Shown here in pieces: positions 57,412-64,000 of a stretch of 64,000 nt of DNA. Origin of the DNA: a virus; the IMG/VR virus record IMGVR_UViG_3300046820_001014, positions 1-64,000 of that record; one strand, given 5' to 3'. Every line of letters starts with the position of its first letter. Position 1 is the stretch's first letter. The notes under the pieces were generated by a model. That model did not search any database. It worked only from the letters and a program-made list of their open reading frames with translations, and was not told the DNA's origin. The translations under genes and the position numbers were made by a program.

Positions 57412-57928
57412 ATTTAGCCTCAGCTAAAACTCTCTCATTGAATTGTGTAGCATTAGAAGTATTTCTAATACCTAGTGCATACTCAACCTCAAATAGTCTT
57501 GCCTCAAGAACAGAACTATCAAATTGTCCTGTTGTTCTCCTTTGTAGTGTTTGCAAAACATCCTCAAGTTTTGCCTTCATTTGAGCTAGAGAATCATGAG
57601 TATAATTACCAATAATATCAATGATTACCTCATCATCATTGGTTACAGCATCAAGTCTGTACTGCTTAAGAGCAGCTCTAACTTCATGATACTCAGCCAT
57701 TGCAGCCTTCATATCCTTAGGAGAGATAAATACTTTAAGGTTACCTTCTGGAAGAGCAGCATCAGCATGCTCTAGAGAGTAAAGAGCCTTACCAACAGTA
57801 ACTGTCTTGTTACTGAAATCTACTGCAGGAAGAGCAGCTACTAGTTGAGAGAAGGTAGATACACCAGCTTCTACCTCAAATTGATTAACCTGTGAATTGT
57901 TTGTTGTTACAACAGTTACTTTACGCAT
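57395..57928 (-). CDS. Ubiquitin-like (beta-grasp) protein fused to a helical extension
   Basis: First 76 aa give a beta-beta-alpha-beta-beta-beta pattern ending 'LKVFISPKDMKAA'; first gene of the E2/JAB/E1 cluster. Confidence 0.6.
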   Translation of the reverse strand: MRKVTVVTTNNSQVNQFEVEAGVSTFSQLVAALPAVDFSNKTVTVGKALYSLEHADAALPEGNLKVFISPKDMKAAMAEYHEVRAALKQYRLDAVTNDDEVIIDIIGNYTHDSLAQMKAKLEDVLQTLQRRTTGQFDSSVLEARLFEVEYALGIRNTSNATQFNERVLAEAKYATQK

Positions 57929-57939
57929 AACTTTAAGTT

Positions 57940-58896
57940 TTATAAAATTGAATTTAACAAATCCTCTATATATTCATGCCCGAGGATCTTATAGGCATCA
58001 GAGAAATCTTTAATCCCCATTTCTCTGTATTCTTTAGGGAATAATAATACTGGAATATTGAATTTCTTTCTTATAAGTATAGCAGCTTTTTTACCAGCAT
58101 TATCATTGTCTGCAAGATACAAACAATTATACTTATTTACAAGCCATGCTGGAGGGAGAACACTCTCCCCCTGCATAGCTACAGCTTGTATACCAAATAA
58201 TGATAAACATACTACATCCTTATAACTCTTAGTTATTACTAATAGTTTAGGATCATTAATATATTCTATACCTTGTATACTTTTACTATTACTTATAAAT
58301 CTATACTGTTTTCTCTCAGGAAAATAAGCTTTAACAGATGTGTCTGAGAATATGTATAAGAAACACATTTCCTCACCTCTAATGCAATTGACAAAGTTTC
58401 CTTCATTGTTTTTTACATATAAATGCTTGCATGAGTGTATATTGAATTTCTGTAAAACCTCTAAGCCTATACCATATTGTTGCCAGTATTCTAACTCCTT
58501 ATTAGAGAACTCTTTAAAGTTAACTCTTATTTCTGCACTTTTCTTCTTATCCACAAAGCTCAATCTTGCAATCTGTGTTTTATTATTTTTGTTATTTAAT
58601 AAATGATAAGGAATAGTGCTCTTTAAAGTATTATAAATATCCAACAGTGCTTCTTGGTAACTAAGTTTCTTTAGATACATAACAAAAGATATTGCGTCTC
58701 CACAAAACTCTCCTGGTCTGTTATCATAATAACGTAGTATGTTACCATAATATTGAAATGCACATGTTGGAGACTTATCTCTCCTCAAAGGACTTATAAA
58801 GTTACCTTTAACTACTGGAACGCCATAAGCTTCAAATATACTTTCCTGTGAAAAGGTTTTATAAACATAGTCCCTACTTAAATTAGAGACATACAT
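57940..58896 (-). CDS. dnaG: DNA primase (crAss-type, Toprim)
   Basis: 'SPLRRDKSPTC', 'ITKSYKDV', 'DNDNAG', 'KDFSD'. Confidence 0.85.
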   Translation of the reverse strand: MYVSNLSRDYVYKTFSQESIFEAYGVPVVKGNFISPLRRDKSPTCAFQYYGNILRYYDNRPGEFCGDAISFVMYLKKLSYQEALLDIYNTLKSTIPYHLLNNKNNKTQIARLSFVDKKKSAEIRVNFKEFSNKELEYWQQYGIGLEVLQKFNIHSCKHLYVKNNEGNFVNCIRGEEMCFLYIFSDTSVKAYFPERKQYRFISNSKSIQGIEYINDPKLLVITKSYKDVVCLSLFGIQAVAMQGESVLPPAWLVNKYNCLYLADNDNAGKKAAILIRKKFNIPVLLFPKEYREMGIKDFSDAYKILGHEYIEDLLNSIL

Positions 58897-58899
58897 TTA

Positions 58900-59484
58900 T
58901 TAAAATGGCAAGTCGTCTGCTCCAGTAGGAGCACTAGTAAAGTCAGCACTTACTTCAGGCTTAACTACTACATCAGTAGGAGTAACATTTAGCTTATCAC
59001 TATTAGGAGCAGCAATGTAACCACTCTTTGCAAATTCCAGATATCCAGATTTGCCATAGACAAGCTTAACATCAGCAGTCTTATCACTACCTACTGCAGT
59101 CACAAAGTTCTTGCAGAACTCATTGTAGTTTTTACCCTCTACTACTACATCACCAATAACAGCAGTCAATACTGTTTTGGTATCTCTAATAAAGCCCATC
59201 ATCTCAAGTGCATTAGAAACTTCATCAGTCATTTCTACACCTTTCTGACCTTTAACACCATTAAACTCAAAGTTAAATGGACAAGCTCTACCCATTGGGT
59301 TACCAGCTTGTTTAGGTTCCCACATAATTTTCTTAATGTTGCTATCAACAATTCTAAGAGACAAGACAGGATCACCAGAACCATCTTTTCTAAGAGGTTC
59401 AAAAATAGCTTCTACAGGTACATTAACATTGATACCTGGTTTTACTGAAGCAGCAGGGGCTTTTACACTATTAGTATTAAACAT
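58900..59484 (-). CDS. Putative ssDNA-binding protein
   Basis: Acidic C-terminal tail DDLPF; in the replication cluster. Confidence 0.55.
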   Translation of the reverse strand: MFNTNSVKAPAASVKPGINVNVPVEAIFEPLRKDGSGDPVLSLRIVDSNIKKIMWEPKQAGNPMGRACPFNFEFNGVKGQKGVEMTDEVSNALEMMGFIRDTKTVLTAVIGDVVVEGKNYNEFCKNFVTAVGSDKTADVKLVYGKSGYLEFAKSGYIAAPNSDKLNVTPTDVVVKPEVSADFTSAPTGADDLPF

Positions 59485-59501
59485 ATTTTTTATTTATTTT
59501 A

Positions 59502-59933
59502 TTAAAAGTTAACTTGATAAGCATTTTCTGCAATAGGACCTTCTGTATGAGGCTCTAGTACTTCTACTTCTTCCTCTACTTCCTCTTCTTGAGGAGTAAT
59601 GGCTACAAATTTATAGAATTTACCACTCTCATTATTCTCAAATACCTCTAACTTAAAGGTATTTCCTACAGATGTAAGATACTGACAAAGAGTAGGATTA
59701 GAGAAAGTTTTACTCTTATTTTCTCCTCTAGCAGTCTTCTTATAGAACTGACCATTAGGAGAGATTAATAGCAGATATGTATCATTACTCTTACCAAAGG
59801 TAAGTTCATTGTTCTGCATATTATTTAATCCAAAGAATGTTTGAGAGAACTCAAGTCTATCATTCTTAATGCGAAGATCCCAATTCTGTGTGGTATTCCT
59901 CTTTCTTGTTGTGGTTGCAATTACTTGAAACAT
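59502..59933 (-). CDS. Hypothetical protein
   Basis: Beta-rich ORF with an acidic tail. Confidence 0.5.
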   Translation of the reverse strand: MFQVIATTTRKRNTTQNWDLRIKNDRLEFSQTFFGLNNMQNNELTFGKSNDTYLLLISPNGQFYKKTARGENKSKTFSNPTLCQYLTSVGNTFKLEVFENNESGKFYKFVAITPQEEEVEEEVEVLEPHTEGPIAENAYQVNF

Positions 59934-59953
59934 AAGTTTTTTGTTTTTAAATT

Positions 59954-60637
59954 TTACTTGTTATAAATTTCTATTTGTTTAATGATTTCATTTAAATCAT
60001 TAGGGATTTCAATAGTATTGAAAAGTCCCATCGGAGATTTAGCAGTATTGTTGCCATCATTTTGAGTAACAAAAACATATTCTAAACTTCCATCATCTTT
60101 TTTGTACACTTTTGTATACAGAACAATAGAATATAAACCTTCTAAAGTTACATACTGAGTAAACATTTTACCGATAGTTTTAGCTTGAACTACCTGTTTA
60201 CCAAATTCATCTTTATCTACTTCTATATGATTGTTAACAACAACATATAAATCATCTCTTAGATTTTTAAGAGAATCTGCTAATTTAAAAGCATTCTGAG
60301 AAATATCCAGAAATTTTTGAAAACCTGTTTCTTTAGCTCTCTTCATATACTCATTAGCCATAAGATATTGATTATCATCTATAATAATAACCTTTATCTC
60401 AGGTCTTTTAGTATTAATATGCTCTAAAATATTCATTATAGTAGCATAATTATCAGATGATAACATATTACCTGTAGGGTTTTCTTTACTTATCTCAGTA
60501 TAAACACTCTTCCAACCCTTAAAAGGAAGAGGTTTTTTAGCTACATTTATTATAAATGTAGATTTAGGACTTAAGTTCCTAGCAGCAGTACTTTTACCTG
60601 TACCACTTTGTCCTAATATTAGCATTCCTATTGCCAT
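59954..60637 (-). CDS. AAA_24/Sak4-like ATP-binding protein
   Basis: 'GQSGTGKST', 'KPLPF', 'IIDDNQY', 'KTIGK', 'AKSPMG'. Confidence 0.82.
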   Translation of the reverse strand: MAIGMLILGQSGTGKSTAARNLSPKSTFIINVAKKPLPFKGWKSVYTEISKENPTGNMLSSDNYATIMNILEHINTKRPEIKVIIIDDNQYLMANEYMKRAKETGFQKFLDISQNAFKLADSLKNLRDDLYVVVNNHIEVDKDEFGKQVVQAKTIGKMFTQYVTLEGLYSIVLYTKVYKKDDGSLEYVFVTQNDGNNTAKSPMGLFNTIEIPNDLNEIIKQIEIYNK

Positions 60638-61267
60638 TTATTCTTTATATTTAAAAATCCATTTGTTTTCATAATTACTTTTAACTCTTTTTTCTAATCT
60701 TGGTTTAATTTTATTTAAACTGATATTTAATTTTAAAGAACATTCTTTAATAGAGTCAAACTCATAAATAATATTATCTTCTAGATCTGTAACAATAATA
60801 GCTCTTTTATTATTTTCAGCCATTACCTTACATCTTTCAGATATAATATTTATAAATTCAATATTTTCTTTCAAAGATTTAGATTGAGCTTTTCTATGAG
60901 ATTCTGGTTTATTAGCTAAATATACCTCTAGCTTTTTTCTTCTATCTGCTCCCCAAGTTACTCCTAAAGTATTACCTGCTGTTTTGCAAATATCATAACC
61001 AAAATTATCATCATAAGACTTCCATAAATCTTTATAATATTGTTCTCTTATTAAACAATCCTCTGAGTTGCAAAACTCTACTATTTCAAACTTAAAATTA
61101 CTTTCACCATATTTGTTAAAAGCATTTTGTAAATGAGTACTAGTATGTTTGTTTAATCTTAATCTATAAAGATGTTCCCACAATCTTCTTTTAATAGTCC
61201 TTGTTGAACTTCCAACATAAACTTTACCATCTAGCAAATTTAATATTTTATAAACTCCTGACAACAT
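60638..61267 (-). CDS. GIY-YIG homing endonuclease
   Basis: 'GVYKI..VYVGS', 'REQYY', C-terminal NUMOD1-like HTH. Confidence 0.85.
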   Translation of the reverse strand: MLSGVYKILNLLDGKVYVGSSTRTIKRRLWEHLYRLRLNKHTSTHLQNAFNKYGESNFKFEIVEFCNSEDCLIREQYYKDLWKSYDDNFGYDICKTAGNTLGVTWGADRRKKLEVYLANKPESHRKAQSKSLKENIEFINIISERCKVMAENNKRAIIVTDLEDNIIYEFDSIKECSLKLNISLNKIKPRLEKRVKSNYENKWIFKYKE

Positions 61268-61322
61268 ATTTTTAATACATTCTTGAATATAATGTACTTA
61301 TTATACGTTTAAACAGGTAAGA

Positions 61323-61349
61323 TTAAATTTTACTTTTTGGAAGTTTCAT
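61323..61349 (-). pseudogene. Mini-ORF MKLPKSKI*, probable orphaned gene 5' end
   Basis: ATG directly follows the upstream stop (TAAATG); stops just before the endonuclease control region. Confidence 0.4.
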
Positions 61350-61589
61350 TTATAACTTTAATTTTAAAATACTTTCTTTATTTACTTGTGCAGCTACATC
61401 ATCGTCCCTCATAACATCTGTATAATCAAATATTTCATCAGAAGTTAAATCAACATATTCTACATAAGCATTATCAGCAGCATCTTGTATACCTGTATTA
61501 TAAGCTCGTTTAAGCAAATCAAGAATTAATGCATGTTCCCAAAAATCATGCTTACCAAGTTCTTCTATTATTTTTTTTATTTCTCTCAT
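61350..61589 (-). CDS. Hypothetical protein
   Basis: Coupled ORF. Confidence 0.5.
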   Translation of the reverse strand: MREIKKIIEELGKHDFWEHALILDLLKRAYNTGIQDAADNAYVEYVDLTSDEIFDYTDVMRDDDVAAQVNKESILKLKL

Positions 61590-61810
61590 AATGAAGCTAA
61601 TAAATCTTCTTTAGTTTTAAATAAAGCAATTGGTAAAACTGTGACTTGTTGTTGGCCTACTATTTGTACACAATATTCTATTTTATTACCCCAATCACAT
61701 AAATTATTAGATCTACATATTCTAACTCCATTAATATCACCAACATTAGGTTTATTATTATACATAAACCAAACTCTATCATCTATATTATATTTTGTTT
61801 CTATTGTCAT
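61586..61810 (-). CDS. Hypothetical protein (start 61810 or 61846)
   Basis: 'IETKYNIDDRVWF..LFKTKEDLL' small phage protein pattern. Confidence 0.55.
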   Translation of the reverse strand: MTIETKYNIDDRVWFMYNNKPNVGDINGVRICRSNNLCDWGNKIEYCVQIVGQQQVTVLPIALFKTKEDLLASL

Positions 61811-61832
61811 AAGTTGTTGTAAATTACTTGCA

Positions 61833-62510
61833 TTATTGTTTTTCATAATACCATTTAAAATTTTTACACGTTTGTCTGTTATTTACATTCTTACAACATC
61901 TCGAAATATTAGTTGAATCTATGTTAAAAAATCTAGCTGCTTCTCTGGTGCTTTCCCATTCTTTAATAAAGTTACCTTCTAAATCATATTGATAAACTTT
62001 TTTACTCTTTACTTCTGCTAATCTTTGCATAGTAAATTCAGAAGGTTTATTTCCTTTATTAGCTTTAGATATTTTATCCTTAGTTTCTTGAGATTTACGT
62101 CTACCAGATTTTATAAAACCACAAGCAATTAATTCTTCTGTAGTTCTTGTTTTTCTAGGAGAAGTAATATGTGACATACTAATTTTCTTCTTTGTTTCCT
62201 CTGACACTTTTAAACCACTGTTATTCTCAGCTATTTTTCTAATGTTATATTGAGGATTCAAAGAGTCTAAATAATATTGTTCTCTCTCAATTAATATTTC
62301 TTTGCTACACTCTTCAATTATCTCAAAAATAAAACTTTCTTCTTTATGTTTATTCCAAGATACTTGAATATGTTTATTCCGATGTTTGTTATTTCTTAAC
62401 AAATGTTTATGAAGTGTTACTCTTTTTCTATAATTAAAAGCACTTCCTATGTAAATTTTATTATTTACAGTATTTGTTATTTTATAAATAACAGTAATAT
62501 TTAAATTCAT
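61833..62510 (-). CDS. GIY-YIG homing endonuclease with NUMOD3/NUMOD1 domains
   Basis: 'VIYKITN..KIYIGS', repeated 'S.ETK.KIS', 'VYQYDLEGNFIKEW.S'. Confidence 0.88.
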   Translation of the reverse strand: MNLNITVIYKITNTVNNKIYIGSAFNYRKRVTLHKHLLRNNKHRNKHIQVSWNKHKEESFIFEIIEECSKEILIEREQYYLDSLNPQYNIRKIAENNSGLKVSEETKKKISMSHITSPRKTRTTEELIACGFIKSGRRKSQETKDKISKANKGNKPSEFTMQRLAEVKSKKVYQYDLEGNFIKEWESTREAARFFNIDSTNISRCCKNVNNRQTCKNFKWYYEKQ

Positions 62511-62549
62511 ATAATCATTTTTACTGATTTATACGATTTAAATAGAAAC

Positions 62550-63611
62550 TCAATTGCAGACTGTTATAGGAGGCAACTCATAAAAATGATTAACAGCACC
62601 ATTGAAAAACAAATTAACATTCTTAAAACCTGATCCTTGTCTATTCAAAGAAATAGAGAGTTCTCTATGATTATCTTTTAGTTTTGTTAAATCATAACCA
62701 GACCAACTTTTAATCTCATGTCTATATGGAGCAAAGAGACCAATTAAATAGTTAACATCTCTACCAGTAAGTTTGCTATCTCCTAAACCATCTGGTGATG
62801 GTCTAAGTTTTTGTTCTATTAAACCACCTCCTTTAGTAAATTCTAAGTTTTCTTTAGCAGCAGCTTGTTGCTGTACTCCTACTATATGTGCTTTAAATTT
62901 ATCTCTAAGAGTAAGTGCATAATCAGAACTAAACTTTTCCATAGCATCCTTCAATGTTCCTCCTTTTTCTGGAGTAAGAAGATTATAGTTATCTATAATA
63001 ATAATTGTATAAAGATCAGGATCAGTAGGTTCATAAAAATCCATAATCTTATGTTCCTCATTTCCAATCATTATAGTTTTATAATGAATAGTACCATTCT
63101 TCTCAAACCAATCTCTGCAATATTTATAAATTCCAAAAGGATTCCTAATAGAGTCAATAATAGTAACAGTATCTTCAAACACTTCTATCTTTTCTTTAAT
63201 CTCTTTAACTTTACCTAACACTTCATCTGTTAAAATATAGCTTTGAAATTTACTTTCAAGATTTTGAGAGTCTATGACTATACCATAATCTGTAAATAAT
63301 CTATTAGAAATAATACTTAAGAGTTTTGCACTTTTAGATATTTCTAAACTAAAGTACAATATTTTAATTTTAATATTACTTTCATTTTGCGAAATAAACT
63401 TATAAGGTTGATACATATACATAAAATCAGCTATCTGAGTTTTACCAACTTTACTAGAAGCTGTTACTATAGTGTATCTTTCTTTCTCTATTCCAGGAAT
63501 AACTGTACTAAACTTTGGTAAATCTACCCAAGGAATACATGTATAAAGACCATTTTCTCTTAGAAGTTTATTTTTCTCAATATCTACATAAACTCTTTCA
63601 AAAATACTCAT
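62550..63611 (-). CDS. dnaB: DnaB-like replicative helicase (crAss-type)
   Basis: 'ASSKVGKT', 'YFSLE', 'IIIDN', 'VQQQ', 'LGDSK', 'LNRQG'. Confidence 0.8.
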   Translation of the reverse strand: MSIFERVYVDIEKNKLLRENGLYTCIPWVDLPKFSTVIPGIEKERYTIVTASSKVGKTQIADFMYMYQPYKFISQNESNIKIKILYFSLEISKSAKLLSIISNRLFTDYGIVIDSQNLESKFQSYILTDEVLGKVKEIKEKIEVFEDTVTIIDSIRNPFGIYKYCRDWFEKNGTIHYKTIMIGNEEHKIMDFYEPTDPDLYTIIIIDNYNLLTPEKGGTLKDAMEKFSSDYALTLRDKFKAHIVGVQQQAAAKENLEFTKGGGLIEQKLRPSPDGLGDSKLTGRDVNYLIGLFAPYRHEIKSWSGYDLTKLKDNHRELSISLNRQGSGFKNVNLFFNGAVNHFYELPPITVCN

Positions 63612-64000
63612 TATAAAGTTTCTGATAAATTTGATTTTAACTCAGTCATTTCTAACTTTTCCCACAATTTAGCTTTGATGAAGTTTTCTATCTTCATATT
63701 AATGTTACTATAATTAGCTTTAAGTTTGGCAATTACCTCATTATGAAGATTAATATCCCTCTTAATATTCTTAGCATACAAGATAGACATTAGATTTCTA
63801 TCTGCAGCAGTAAGAAATGCTTGTTTACCATCAATAATAATAAAAGCTGGATAAGCCTCATATAACTCATCAATGTGCTTATCTACCTCAAAGAAAAGTT
63901 CTTTAGCAAGTTTCTCAGTAACCTCAAAGTAATCCAATTGGAATGTACTCTTAGTACTAGGAATTACTTGCTCAATAAGACCTCTCTCTGCAAGGGAAAT
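63611..64000 (-). CDS. Hypothetical replication-associated protein, 5' end outside the window
   Basis: The frame stays open from 63937 to the window edge (ISLAERGLIEQV...). Confidence 0.55.
   Translation of the reverse strand: MSLAERGLIEQVIPSTKSTFQLDYFEVTEKLAKELFFEVDKHIDELYEAYPAFIIIDGKQAFLTAADRNLMSILYAKNIKRDINLHNEVIAKLKANYSNINMKIENFIKAKLWEKLEMTELKSNLSETL

Noticed and set aside
45403-63218. + strand ORFs within the replication arm (e.g. 45403-45645, 58340-58606, 61533-61916, 62865-63218)
   Set aside because: Shadows of well-supported - strand genes.
1-64000. Stop-codon reassignment (TAG/TGA), as in some crAss-like phages
   Set aside because: Genes, including a 14-kb ORF, are intact under the standard code, and TAG (41671, 43227) and TGA end genes at sensible boundaries.
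1-64000. tRNA genes, CRISPR arrays, integrase/att sites
   Set aside because: Intergenic gaps are nearly all under 100 nt, and I saw no cloverleaf, repeat-spacer pattern or recombinase motifs.

Overview
AT-rich, densely coding 64-kb segment of a lytic dsDNA phage with Crassvirales (crAss-like) gene content and order, most likely infecting Bacteroidota. It uses the standard genetic code, and I saw no tRNA, CRISPR array or integrase. The + strand (101-43227) is the virion and lysis arm: ring/tail-tube proteins, an HU-like protein, muzzle/tail-stabilisation protein, basic cargo proteins, a 4712-aa protein (HExxH peptidase, DxDxD RNA polymerase, SLOG-like domain, SF1B helicase), ferritin, a CHAP endolysin/u-spanin/holin cassette and tail fibres. 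The - strand (43224-64000) is the replication and nucleotide-metabolism arm: thyX, dNMP kinase, minimal ligase, a Tad1-like anti-defence protein, a MazG-like protein, nrdAB, phoH, nucleases, primase, SSB-like protein, AAA ATPase and DnaB-like helicase. Five free-standing homing endonuclease genes are present (four on the - arm, one on the + arm). The main find is a translationally coupled four- to five-gene cassette (57928-54099) that reads as a complete phage-encoded ubiquitin-like conjugation system: a 76-aa Ubl fused to an extension, an E2-like protein, a JAB peptidase, a ThiF/E1 enzyme and one unknown gene. Also notable are a recurrent CGTATAA motif at gene starts in a CpG-poor genome, hairpins over the endonuclease start regions, and orphaned gene 5' ends next to endonuclease insertions. 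All family calls come from motif recognition by eye; no database searches were run.
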